Virus record (IMG/VR): IMGVR_UViG_3300031857_000194
Coordinates: 1-59,478 of that record
From: a virus
Taxonomy: Duplodnaviria; Caudoviricetes
Direction: 5' to 3' (one strand)
Length of the DNA: 59,478 bases
A program made the translations under genes and the position numbers. The notes below the pieces were generated by a model. The model was not told the DNA's origin. It ran no database searches and was given only the letters and a program-made list of their open reading frames with translations. The stretch's first letter is position 1. The number at the start of each line of letters is the position of its first letter. This document shows positions 30,880 to 39,980 of this stretch, in pieces.

Positions 30880-31306
30880 GGTATGCCTTTCTGTCGTGCA
30901 TGGTTATGCCGTCTAAATGATCAAGTTCGTGCTGGAAACAACGAGATGCCAAGCCCAGTAATTCTTCTTGTACAATGTCTCCAGGGGCTGTGCGATATCT
31001 GACCTTTATTGTATTGGGTCTGCTTATTGTACACTGGTCTCCGGGAAAACTCAAGCAACCTTCGTCGAAATTGGCAAAATCGTCACTGGATTCCATAATT
31101 TGGGGATTGAAACAGGCCCAGGATCTCACACCAATTTTCATCACAAACACACGCTGGCCTATACCCACCTGCGGAGCTGCCAGACCTATGCCATTCTGGG
31201 CGATCATGAATTCCAAAAGGTTATTGGCCAGTCGTTGATTTTTCCAGGGATAGACAAAATCCACGGGCCTGGCAATCTTGTACAATACTCGACGTGTGAG
31301 TTTCAT
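30869..31306 (-). CDS. def: Peptide deformylase
   Basis: GIGLAAPQVG, EGCLS, QHELDHLDG. Confidence 0.95.
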   Translation of the reverse strand: MKLTRRVLYKIARPVDFVYPWKNQRLANNLLEFMIAQNGIGLAAPQVGIGQRVFVMKIGVRSWACFNPQIMESSDDFANFDEGCLSFPGDQCTISRPNTIKVRYRTAPGDIVQEELLGLASRCFQHELDHLDGITMHDRKAYHAV

Positions 31307-31314
31307 GAAATTAT

Positions 31315-32073
31315 TTACTGTTTTGTCCGCTTGATAGCATCCACGACATCTTGGGGTATGTTTCTGGGCAGGTGTGTTTCAATATTCACTATAATGTCCC
31401 CAGCAGGTCCGTTGGGATTTTTAAGTGCTTGACCACGCAGTCGCATCTGCGATCCGGGTCTGGTTCTTTCGGGCACTGAGACTGACAGCACTGTGTCCTG
31501 CAGCGTGGGTATCTCTAGTTCACAGCCCAGGATCAAATCCCAAAAATCCAAACTGCGTGTGATCACCAGGTTCAATCCCTGGCGCTGGAACTCGGCGTGA
31601 CGATCCACGATGTAGGTTATCACAAGATCATGATTGTTGGGTCCGAGATTGGGATAGCGTACTTCCTGTCCTGTTTCAATGCCCAGAGGTATGTCTATTT
31701 CGATCAGTCGCCCGGAAATATTAAAGTTACGCTTGCCCCCTGTTGCCAGATCCTTAAGGTTGATATGTGCCTGTACTCGGGCCTGGGGCCTGACCTGATG
31801 ACGGAACACGTGCCCGAAGATATCACCGAAATGATGTGCGAATTCTGGTGGTATGCCTGACTGCTGGAAATGGAATTGGCCTGGCGGGTTATCGTACTGG
31901 CTTCGCTTGGCATCATCAGATAGTGTAGCATATGCTTCCTGTATTTCCTGAAACTGTTTGGTATCACCGCCGCGATCGGGGTGATGCTTAGAGGCCAATC
32001 GGCGGTAAGCAGATTTGATATCATCTGCTGAGGCCGATCGCTCTACTCCTAAAATAGCATAATAGTCTTTCAC
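31315..32073 (-). CDS. dnaJ: DnaJ/CbpA-like co-chaperone (no Zn finger)
   Basis: J domain with HHPD and DnaJ C-terminal domains; GTG start. Confidence 0.9.
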   Translation of the reverse strand: MKDYYAILGVERSASADDIKSAYRRLASKHHPDRGGDTKQFQEIQEAYATLSDDAKRSQYDNPPGQFHFQQSGIPPEFAHHFGDIFGHVFRHQVRPQARVQAHINLKDLATGGKRNFNISGRLIEIDIPLGIETGQEVRYPNLGPNNHDLVITYIVDRHAEFQRQGLNLVITRSLDFWDLILGCELEIPTLQDTVLSVSVPERTRPGSQMRLRGQALKNPNGPAGDIIVNIETHLPRNIPQDVVDAIKRTKQ

Positions 32074-32079
32074 ACTATT

Positions 32080-32108
32080 ATTTTAGCATGAATGACTGAG
32101 TATGTCAA
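32080..32108 (-). promoter_or_regulatory. Sigma70-type promoter for dnaJ-def-clpA
   Basis: TTGACA-17 nt-TAAAAT with extended TGn, 6 nt upstream of the GTG start. Confidence 0.8.
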
Positions 32109-32407
32109 ACTTCTTCTTTTTTGCCTGCTTCTATTGCCGCAACCTTTTCCTGGCCGCGTGTGTAAGCACTGATACCAAGTATGGCACCAAAAGCGATGTG
32201 TATAAATCCGCCGCCCTGCAGGCTCAAGGGAGCCCACTGACGGAATGCATCATTGGCTGCTTGTACTTCCCAAAACTGCACGATAGTAAACAGTACGGGA
32301 AACAGTATAAAATCTGCTATGTTGATCATCATGTAAGTTACAGCCATCATTGGACGCCATTTGCTGGTCATCCAATCCTGGGCTTTTTTCTCTGCTGCTG
32401 TGGCCAT
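32105..32407 (-). CDS. Putative holin (3TM/GTA-type)
   Basis: KWRPMMAVTY...HIAFGAILGISAYTRGQEK; start 32407 with GGAG SD. Confidence 0.6.
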   Translation of the reverse strand: MATAAEKKAQDWMTSKWRPMMAVTYMMINIADFILFPVLFTIVQFWEVQAANDAFRQWAPLSLQGGGFIHIAFGAILGISAYTRGQEKVAAIEAGKKEEV

Positions 32408-32505
32408 TGCTTGCTCCTTGTTGTAATAATTTGTACTTATTTCTCGCAAGTATTTTGGTCAGTGTGCAGTTTTTACACTAAGTATCATTTTATAGGGATA
32501 TTATC

Positions 32506-32886
32506 ATGGCCTGGACTGCTACACTAAACATCACCAACCTCACTGACTACAATCTCACTGTGAATCACAACACAGTGGGAGATTTGACCACTATCGCACC
32601 GGGAGCTGCTTGGTCCTGGACCACGTCGGATCCCAACAATACCAACGCCTTGCGTTTCTGGCAAACTCCGGAACAGTGGTATATGCAGGGCTCAGTGGCC
32701 TATGGCCCCATGGCTGGCGTTTATATGGATCGTGGCTGGATGGCACCTGCGGATCAGACCATCCGCTTGGATGCTGATGTCAATGGCACAGGATTCTCAC
32801 AGACCCAAAACGGTGGAGCCACTGTGGTGCCCTGGAACGGATTCGAATCCGGTGGCACGATCAATATGAAGTTTTCTAAGACTTGA
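32506..32886 (+). CDS. Hypothetical beta-rich protein
   Basis: 126-aa ORF with SD-like AGGGA and TAAGTA box at 32479-32484. Confidence 0.75.
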   Translation: MAWTATLNITNLTDYNLTVNHNTVGDLTTIAPGAAWSWTTSDPNNTNALRFWQTPEQWYMQGSVAYGPMAGVYMDRGWMAPADQTIRLDADVNGTGFSQTQNGGATVVPWNGFESGGTINMKFSKT

Positions 32887-33583
32887 TGTTGTAGGCCAAG
32901 CCCAGCGCAGCTAACACTCTGATCCAGAACCAGCCGATGTCGAACTCCCACCATTTGTGGCTGAGTTGTGCTGATGCTGGTCGTTCATGGTGATTGTTAT
33001 GTAATTCTTCGCCGCCGATAATGAAACCAATAGGACTAATATTCCTACTAGAATCCTGCGTGTTTGAGTTTCTATAACCCCAAAAATGTCCGACGCCATT
33101 TATCACTCCTGCGGCCCAGAACGGAATCCAGGCCATCTGTACCAACCATATCACTATGCCCCAGCCGTGGAACACAGCAGTCAATGCGCACAGCAACAAC
33201 AAGTATCCCAGGTTGGGATATCTACTGTATATATTCTGTTCTAGCCAATCCCGGGGCGTGCCGCGGCTGTACTGTTCAATCATGCGACGATTTTTGCTGG
33301 CGTCAGCGTACAGCCATGCGCCGCCAAACAGCACACGCCAGATGCCCAAGATCTGCGGCGAGTGTGGATCGCCTGCAGTTTCGCATTTCTGATGATGCAG
33401 TCTGTGTATGGCCACCCACTCGCGTGTGACCATGCCTGTGGTGAGCCACAGCCAGAATCTCATGGGATGGCTTACCCAAGGGCTCAGTTCCAGGGCCAAG
33501 TGTGTTTGATGTCGATGTAGGTAAATGGTAACACACAGTATGGTAATGTGTGTCATGATTAGTGTTAGTATGATTTCTATCAT
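32876..33583 (-). CDS. Membrane fatty-acid (delta-9 type) desaturase
   Basis: His boxes HRHQTH, HRLHH, HNNHH; WWEFDIGW. Confidence 0.9.
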   Translation of the reverse strand: MIEIILTLIMTHITILCVTIYLHRHQTHLALELSPWVSHPMRFWLWLTTGMVTREWVAIHRLHHQKCETAGDPHSPQILGIWRVLFGGAWLYADASKNRRMIEQYSRGTPRDWLEQNIYSRYPNLGYLLLLCALTAVFHGWGIVIWLVQMAWIPFWAAGVINGVGHFWGYRNSNTQDSSRNISPIGFIIGGEELHNNHHERPASAQLSHKWWEFDIGWFWIRVLAALGLAYNIKS

Positions 33584-33610
33584 GGCAAGTATTTAGTAAG
33601 TAGTAATGTC

Positions 33611-33696
33611 AGCGCTCACTTAAGTGATCTTGGGGTAGCGAATCCTGATCACAGCGCAGCAGCCGCGCAGCATAACCCTAACGGTCCTAGGGTATG
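33611..33696. ncRNA. Candidate structured RNA with rRNA-matching loops
   Basis: Three hairpins (GTGATC/GATCAC, GCGC/GCGC, ACCCTA/TAGGGT) in an intergenic gap; loops match conserved 16S/23S rRNA; TAAGTA box at 33597-33602 on the plus strand. Confidence 0.65.
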
Positions 33697-33699
33697 TGT

Positions 33700-34446
33700 T
33701 TATCGTCCTTGAGCGTAACTCAAGGCACCTTCATAAAAACTGGTGCTGGCTATGTCTCGGGGAACATAACTGGCATTCTTTAAATTTTTACGCTGTGCCC
33801 AAGCATAGCCGGCCATGTGACCTGAACAGTCTTGAGTACAGGGATAACCTTTGTAGTACAGGCCCACAGGTGACGGGGGTGAGTTGGGTGGGCGCTGTGT
33901 GGAAATGTTTTCGCAGATGGCTGTGTCAGGCTTGACACCAATCAACATGAATCTAGTGTAAGCACCATCTCGATCTCGTAATTTTAGATTGCCTTGATAC
34001 AAGGGCACGACATCGCCATATGATTCCATCAAGTCATTGCGATCGCGGGTCTGTACGGCGAATACCACACCTGCGGGCAAGGCATCATACCAACCAGATC
34101 CTGTCCAGTCATTGTGGCTGGTGTTGATCACAGTGTCGTCGGGCCAGTAATCAAACGTATTGGCATCACCGCAGATATGTCTAGCATGACTTAATTTTTT
34201 TCCATGATTGACAGCCGCAGGATCCAGGTCAATGTTGACCATGCGGTCCACAGGCAGTATCTCGGTGTCTTGTGCGATCTTGGCCAAGTTGCCGTTCCAA
34301 GATCCAATGATCACGATCCTGCCGTCATTGGCCATGGGCTGCAATCTGCGCAACAACCACAGTTTGCTGGCTATGAGATCGTCACTAAAACTGCCCGCCA
34401 CGGTATCAGGACTGGCTTCGTTCAATGATATATCAGTCATGGGCAT
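33700..34446 (-). CDS. Class I SAM-dependent methyltransferase-like protein with C-terminal YPCTQDCSGH module
   Basis: IVIIGSWNG, NIDLDP, GDAN, VINTS; second module after ICE; start 34446 or 34440. Confidence 0.65.
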   Translation of the reverse strand: MPMTDISLNEASPDTVAGSFSDDLIASKLWLLRRLQPMANDGRIVIIGSWNGNLAKIAQDTEILPVDRMVNIDLDPAAVNHGKKLSHARHICGDANTFDYWPDDTVINTSHNDWTGSGWYDALPAGVVFAVQTRDRNDLMESYGDVVPLYQGNLKLRDRDGAYTRFMLIGVKPDTAICENISTQRPPNSPPSPVGLYYKGYPCTQDCSGHMAGYAWAQRKNLKNASYVPRDIASTSFYEGALSYAQGR

Positions 34447-34948
34447 ATCTGTAGGCGGCACTGCACACGATCCTCTCACGATTGGTGTGGATTGGACCCA
34501 CACGATGCACCAGGAGATTTTTGTGATTGATCACTGCCACATCTCCTATTCGGGGAAAGTATTGTCTCGTGATGCCATCAAAGCACTGCATTTCCAAGGC
34601 ACCACCTTCTTGTTCAGTCATGGTGGTCTGATAGCACAGGAATTGTAAGTCCATTTTTTCTCTGGCATCGTCGTGCCACTGATCCGAGTAATGATCTATA
34701 CCAGACCAGACATAACTGTTGACCAGTTCCAGTGGGAAAAAATCCTGTGTGTGATATCGGATGCGGCTCTGCAAGATGTCAGTGGCTTGAGTGTTGATGC
34801 CGCCACGGAATCCCGGTGACTCTTCTTGCCAGACCACATCTGAGCAGATGTTTTCCAGCACAGGATCATGGAAAACATAGCAGCCAATGGTCAATAGATC
34901 CACCTGTAGATCTTCTAGATTGAATTGTTCACAGGCTTGTATGATCAT
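34433..34948 (-). CDS. 2OG-Fe(II) oxygenase superfamily protein
   Basis: WHDD (HxD), EGGALE, HRV...R pattern. Confidence 0.7.
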   Translation of the reverse strand: MIIQACEQFNLEDLQVDLLTIGCYVFHDPVLENICSDVVWQEESPGFRGGINTQATDILQSRIRYHTQDFFPLELVNSYVWSGIDHYSDQWHDDAREKMDLQFLCYQTTMTEQEGGALEMQCFDGITRQYFPRIGDVAVINHKNLLVHRVGPIHTNRERIVCSAAYRYAHD

Positions 34949-35015
34949 ACCGGACTGTAGGGATTGCGAGGAAGATCCAAATCATTGTCGTCGGGGTAAA
35001 CTGGATAATCCACGA

Positions 35016-35252
35016 TTAACCATTCAGTTGAGCCTGTATCACATCTAACATGATCTGTGATTTGCGCTGTTCGCGTTGATTTGAAGCCAGCAAATCAACC
35101 AACTGTTGTTTAAATTCCTGCATATCGGGATCGCTGCCAATTTGTGCTATGGCTAAAATAAAGTTATCAATGTTGACCTGATACTCTGTGACTTCGCGCT
35201 GACGCATTTCCAGTGTCTGTGTTAATATTTCTTGTTTGTAAGCTTCCAACAT
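35016..35252 (-). CDS. Small helical hypothetical protein
   Basis: 78 aa; GGAG SD; TAAATA at 35276-35281. Confidence 0.75.
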   Translation of the reverse strand: MLEAYKQEILTQTLEMRQREVTEYQVNIDNFILAIAQIGSDPDMQEFKQQLVDLLASNQREQRKSQIMLDVIQAQLNG

Positions 35253-35303
35253 TTTTGATGTCTCCTTGATATGTTTATTTAAGATAGATCCTGGGTCAGT
35301 GTG

Positions 35304-36386
35304 TTAATATACCCCACCGAAGTCTATGCCATCTACTCCCAAAGAAGACAAGGGCGAGGGATTGCTATATACCGTACCAATGCCTGTGACGGTATCAAAT
35401 GGATAGGCATAGATATAGGGTGATATAGCAAAGCCAACGGCCACAGCTCGATTGTCTAAACTAAATCCAACGCCTTCGCTGCTTGAATTCTGTTGGGTGG
35501 CTGGATCTGCATATTTGGCTCCAAATCCCGAACTTGACCAAGCGTAAATCACCAAACGCGGAGTACCTAGACTGGCTCCGCCAAGGGCGCAGGCCAGGGC
35601 CTGGCCATTGCTGCTCATGGCAATACCATCGGCAGCACGCGTCAATGCAGTGACCGGATTAGCAAGTTTTGCCCCAAAACCTGTGCTGCTATTCCAAGGA
35701 TAGGCAAATAGATAAGGCGCACTTGAAACAGACCATATGATCTGTGAACTATCGGGACTGAATACCACGCCAGTCTGGGTCGTTGACGAAGATGTAGCGG
35801 GGGCAGAGTATTTTGTACCAAATCCCGTGGCATCATTCCATGGCCAGGCTTCGATTGACGGAACTGTGGCACTTTGTATGGCCACTGCTGCATTATCTGG
35901 GCTCCAGGCCATGCCATATTTGGCTTGTGCTATCAGCGAAGGAGGATTGCTGTATCTCGTGCCAAACCCAGTGGAATCATTCCAAGTATAAACTGCCACA
36001 GATGGTCCCGATCCTACACAACCTACGGCTGTGCCATTGGGATTCCATGCCACGTCATTGGCGTCTGCAGGCAGAGATGACGGATTGCTGTATTTTGCGC
36101 CAAATCCTGTGCTGGCCGACCAAGCATAGACAGTTATGTAAGGGCTGCCATTATGGGCATAAGCTACCGCAGTACAGTCTTTATTGAATCGTACCCTTTG
36201 ACCATCTCCCGGAAGCAGTGGACTGGGATTACTGTATTTGGCGCCAAAGCCTGTGCTGGGCGACCAACGGTAAGCTTCTGCCCAAGGCGAGTTTTGTGTT
36301 GCCAACGCCACAAACTGTGAAGTATATTCCCGAGCGCCGCCGGCACGCATCACAGCACGGCGTATGGTCGATCCACGTATGATCAT
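35304..36386 (-). CDS. Beta-propeller (WD40-like) repeat virion protein
   Basis: About 7 repeats of Y.W...TGFG.KYSNP; start re-called at MIIRGSTIR (36386). Confidence 0.8.
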   Translation of the reverse strand: MIIRGSTIRRAVMRAGGAREYTSQFVALATQNSPWAEAYRWSPSTGFGAKYSNPSPLLPGDGQRVRFNKDCTAVAYAHNGSPYITVYAWSASTGFGAKYSNPSSLPADANDVAWNPNGTAVGCVGSGPSVAVYTWNDSTGFGTRYSNPPSLIAQAKYGMAWSPDNAAVAIQSATVPSIEAWPWNDATGFGTKYSAPATSSSTTQTGVVFSPDSSQIIWSVSSAPYLFAYPWNSSTGFGAKLANPVTALTRAADGIAMSSNGQALACALGGASLGTPRLVIYAWSSSGFGAKYADPATQQNSSSEGVGFSLDNRAVAVGFAISPYIYAYPFDTVTGIGTVYSNPSPLSSLGVDGIDFGGVY

Positions 36387-36390
36387 TTTG

Positions 36391-36666
36391 TTATACAGGA
36401 TCCTGAGGTTGGCTGGGTTCTTCTGTGGGTTCAGGTGCGGGCTCCACAGGCAGTTGATATTCGATCCACTGCTCGGTGCTTTGATTCCACTTGTAGACAT
36501 GACCTGGCTGTGCTTGGGGCATGGGATCGCGTACTACCCAACCTGGAGGATACCACCATACAACTTCTTGACCTTCAGGAGGCACAGGAGGATCTGACAC
36601 TTGGATCCAACCGTCGGTACCGTCGGTCTGGGGTTTGGGTATTGAACCATTTTTAGAATATAACAT
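36391..36666 (-). CDS. Putative tail fibre assembly protein
   Basis: Trp/Pro-rich 91-aa ORF directly downstream of LamG fibre genes. Confidence 0.6.
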   Translation of the reverse strand: MLYSKNGSIPKPQTDGTDGWIQVSDPPVPPEGQEVVWWYPPGWVVRDPMPQAQPGHVYKWNQSTEQWIEYQLPVEPAPEPTEEPSQPQDPV

Positions 36667-36681
36667 TATAAGCTCCTTAGA

Positions 36682-39600
36682 TTATTGTGTTGGGAAGGCT
36701 GCAGTGGGCGGTGTGAAGTTGGCAGTGTAACGGGCGTATCCTTTGGTTATGCGAAAGTCGTCGATGTAACCAGCAAATGGAAAGCTAATTCCTCCGTGAT
36801 AATAAGCCCCAATTGTGGGCACGTAAGAGCCGTAAGTGCTACCAGCTGTTATGTTGGTTGTGTTGGAGGCGGGGGTTCCGCCTGTCCCGTTAAGATAAAC
36901 AGTAACAGTGCCGTTTTGTCTTACTATCGCGGCGTGATTCCATGTTGACACCACGGGGGTTCCGGCGCTCTGAATGGCCGTGCCTCCGCCTGATGCTGTT
37001 GCAAAAAAAGATACCCTTTCCGTGACATTTGCTCCCACATATACTACACATAGGTTATGCCCTGAGATCGCTCGTGTGTAAACCATACCGGAGGTTGTGT
37101 TAATACAGTAGAACCAAAATTCAATGGTGAAATCGCCTGTTCCGAAATCAAAAAGATTGTACTGGCCGCTGTTAAGGTTGGCCAAAGCGTCACCGCTGCC
37201 ATCAAAGTACATGGATGACCCGCCGAACTTGCTCTGCACGGTTGATATCTGTGAGTTGCCTATGGTCTCCCAATCGCTCTTGGCGGCAGCATCGTAGATA
37301 CCCGCGTTAATGCCAGACAGTAAAATCGCTGTGCCCGACACAGCAGTCAGCGGTGCTGTTGGGGGAGTGAAGGCGCTGGTGTACAGCGCAGTGCCGACCA
37401 CTACTCTAAAATCGCAGGCGTATCCTAGCCAAGCACCACCATAGCTAGCATACTGGCCTAGACCATTTAATGTGCCTGCGGAATAGCCGGTGCTGACACT
37501 GCCCAAGAATACTCCATTCACAAACACTCGGATCAATCCCGATCCATCTCTAGTGATGGCTAGATGTTTCCAGCAGTTGGATCCCTTGACCTGTTCATTG
37601 GCCGTGGTTACCAATTGATTGCCCACGCTGCTTTTATCTAGTGTGATTGTTCCCGCGCTAACGTCAATGTAGACAGGAAAGTTGCCGATGGTAAAGAACC
37701 AACCGCCGGCATTGGTAGAGTTGAACCAACTTTCGATGGTAAAAACGCCAGAGATGTCAATGCTGGCTGATGTTGTGAGTTTGCTAGCTCCATCAAAATA
37801 CATGGACGCACCTATGCTGCTGGTCGAGTATGCCGCGTCTGGGTTGAACGGCGAGAAGGGCTGCACGGAGGTGTCGCCGGCGCGAGTGATGGCAACTTGA
37901 TTGATTGAGTTGTCAACGAAGCGATTGCTCTGGCAGGTTAGCAAAACAGTGTTAGCTACAGCAGACAGTGGAGATGTGCTTGGTGTAAAAGTAGTACTAT
38001 ACAAAGCACGTGTGGTCGCTCTCATATTTGAAAGGTAACCAACAAACGGAGAGCCCGTACCATCAAAGTCATTTCCAATGTATGCCAAAGTCCTAGACAT
38101 GTTCGCGGTGTTGGTGGCTGTTGTGGCATCTGCCACACCGTTGATGTAAATTTTTACATTACCACTTCCGGAACCATTTCTTACTAACGCAATATGAGTC
38201 CAAGTATTTGCAACCAGAGCTGTTGTTGTCGTAATTGCAAATAAATTATTTGTGTACAAATATACTTTTGCATTTGCGTCTAAACCAAAAGCAAAACCGT
38301 TTGTATCTGGATCACTTGTTCTATTATCCCAAATTAAACGATAATTTGCAAAGGAAAGGGGAAATACCCACATCTCTAATGTAAAATCACCGGAACCCAA
38401 AGCTGTCATTGTTCCAGTTCTTAGATTGTCACCGGTGCTACTAAAATAATTTGACCAGGCCTGCAAGGGCGGGGTGGTGTAGTTCACGATGCTGCCAAAT
38501 GGGTTGTTCAGCGTGCCCGTGTACGCGTTCCCGTTGACCGTGATCGTGAACGCGTTCGGGGAGTTGTCTATAAATGTACTGCTTTGGCAGGTCAGCAGCT
38601 GGGTGCCGGAGATTGCGGTGAGCGGCGCGGTGGGTACGGTGAAGTTTGAGGTGTAGACGGCATTGGAGGTTATGCGAGCATTCGAAATGCATCCAGTTAT
38701 GTATAACTGCGGTGAATTAGGATAAGCCAGCCCTATACCAAGCAATGTTCGATCTATTGACGCAGTAGCACTTGTAGGCGTTCCAACAGACGATCCATTA
38801 ACATATAAACTAATAGTGCCAGAAGATCGAACTCCAGCAAGATGAACCCAAGTATTAAGAGGAATTGCTGCGCCGGTTACGGTTGGGTTGACAACTCCTC
38901 CATTGCCAATAGCAAAAAAAGGCTGCCGTGAACTGTTTACCGCAAGATAGAATCCTTGCCCGGTGGCAGTATTGAATGAACTTATAACTCCAGCCTCAGT
39001 TCCCGGCGCAGAAGTCAAAAACACCCACGCCTCTAAGGTAAAATTTCCTGTGCCAACTGCAAAAGCAGATTGCGTTAGATTTAAATAGTCACCGCTGCCA
39101 TCAAAGTATCCCGACCAGTCGGTCATGCCGAACGGGTTCACCACCGTGGGCTGTGAGTTGCCAACGGCGGTGATGGCAAAGGCGTTGGTTGAGTTGTCAA
39201 TGAACCGACTGCTTTGGCAGGTCAGAAATTTAGTTCCCGTTATAGCGGTCAAAGGAGATGTTGTTGGAGTAAAACTTGATGTGTATACTGCTGAAGTTAC
39301 ATATCTGAAATTAGAAATATATCCGTTAAAAGAACTTCCTCCCAATGCAACTGCACCTACTAACATTGTAGTTGAAGTAAAATTTGTAGAGTTGCTAATA
39401 GTTGTTCCAACATTTCCATTTATGTAGACAGTCCAATTAGTTGAACCATTTCTTACTATCGCTAAATGATTCCATTGATTTGCTATAATTCCGCTAACAG
39501 ACCCAAGAACAGATCCTGTATATGTAATTTGTAATTGATTAGATGTGCTAACATTGACATCAAATCCGTCTGTTGAATCTCCAGATCGCGTATTAAAAAT

Positions 39601-39969
39601 TCCAACAGGCGACCCAAGAGATCTAATATAAAACCAGCATTCGTATGTGAACGATCCAGTGCCTGGTGCTGACGCAGTAAGAGTTGAACTAAGATAATCC
39701 CCCGAGCCATCAAAGTATCCCGAGTAGTAACCGTCAGTTTGCGTGCCACTGCCGAAGGTAAAGGGTGAGAATGCGCCCTGCGTGACGGAACCATTCCTTG
39801 TTACGGTAAGTGGGCTGGCCGAAGAATCTAGGAATGTGTTGTTCTGTGCGCCGTTCGTGCCATTCCCCGGCAGTAGCAATGATACCAAGTTGAAATAACT
39901 GTCTGAAGTTATACCTGCAGCCGACGAACTTACTGTCATGCCTTTGATTGCTGTTCCTTGTATTATCAT
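36682..39969 (-). CDS. Multi-LamG tail fibre/adhesin
   Basis: About five LamG units; ends ARYTANFTPPTAAFPTQ. Confidence 0.85.
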   Translation of the reverse strand: MIIQGTAIKGMTVSSSAAGITSDSYFNLVSLLLPGNGTNGAQNNTFLDSSASPLTVTRNGSVTQGAFSPFTFGSGTQTDGYYSGYFDGSGDYLSSTLTASAPGTGSFTYECWFYIRSLGSPVGIFNTRSGDSTDGFDVNVSTSNQLQITYTGSVLGSVSGIIANQWNHLAIVRNGSTNWTVYINGNVGTTISNSTNFTSTTMLVGAVALGGSSFNGYISNFRYVTSAVYTSSFTPTTSPLTAITGTKFLTCQSSRFIDNSTNAFAITAVGNSQPTVVNPFGMTDWSGYFDGSGDYLNLTQSAFAVGTGNFTLEAWVFLTSAPGTEAGVISSFNTATGQGFYLAVNSSRQPFFAIGNGGVVNPTVTGAAIPLNTWVHLAGVRSSGTISLYVNGSSVGTPTSATASIDRTLLGIGLAYPNSPQLYITGCISNARITSNAVYTSNFTVPTAPLTAISGTQLLTCQSSTFIDNSPNAFTITVNGNAYTGTLNNPFGSIVNYTTPPLQAWSNYFSSTGDNLRTGTMTALGSGDFTLEMWVFPLSFANYRLIWDNRTSDPDTNGFAFGLDANAKVYLYTNNLFAITTTTALVANTWTHIALVRNGSGSGNVKIYINGVADATTATNTANMSRTLAYIGNDFDGTGSPFVGYLSNMRATTRALYSTTFTPSTSPLSAVANTVLLTCQSNRFVDNSINQVAITRAGDTSVQPFSPFNPDAAYSTSSIGASMYFDGASKLTTSASIDISGVFTIESWFNSTNAGGWFFTIGNFPVYIDVSAGTITLDKSSVGNQLVTTANEQVKGSNCWKHLAITRDGSGLIRVFVNGVFLGSVSTGYSAGTLNGLGQYASYGGAWLGYACDFRVVVGTALYTSAFTPPTAPLTAVSGTAILLSGINAGIYDAAAKSDWETIGNSQISTVQSKFGGSSMYFDGSGDALANLNSGQYNLFDFGTGDFTIEFWFYCINTTSGMVYTRAISGHNLCVVYVGANVTERVSFFATASGGGTAIQSAGTPVVSTWNHAAIVRQNGTVTVYLNGTGGTPASNTTNITAGSTYGSYVPTIGAYYHGGISFPFAGYIDDFRITKGYARYTANFTPPTAAFPTQ
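39872..39900. repeat. 29-bp exact repeat (copy at 41989-42017)
   Basis: AGTAGCAATGATACCAAGTTGAAATAACT in the N-terminal regions of both adjacent LamG genes. Confidence 0.9.
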
Positions 39970-39980
39970 TGTATCTATTC

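Noticed and set aside
33611-33696. rRNA gene fragment or I-CeuI-type homing site
   Set aside because: The matches are short, out of order, drawn from both subunits and flanked by non-rRNA stems. The I-CeuI-like stretch is mismatched and incomplete, and no endonuclease is nearby.
35304-36386. CRISPR-like periodic repeats
   Set aside because: These are degenerate in-frame protein repeats of a beta-propeller, not identical direct repeats with spacers.
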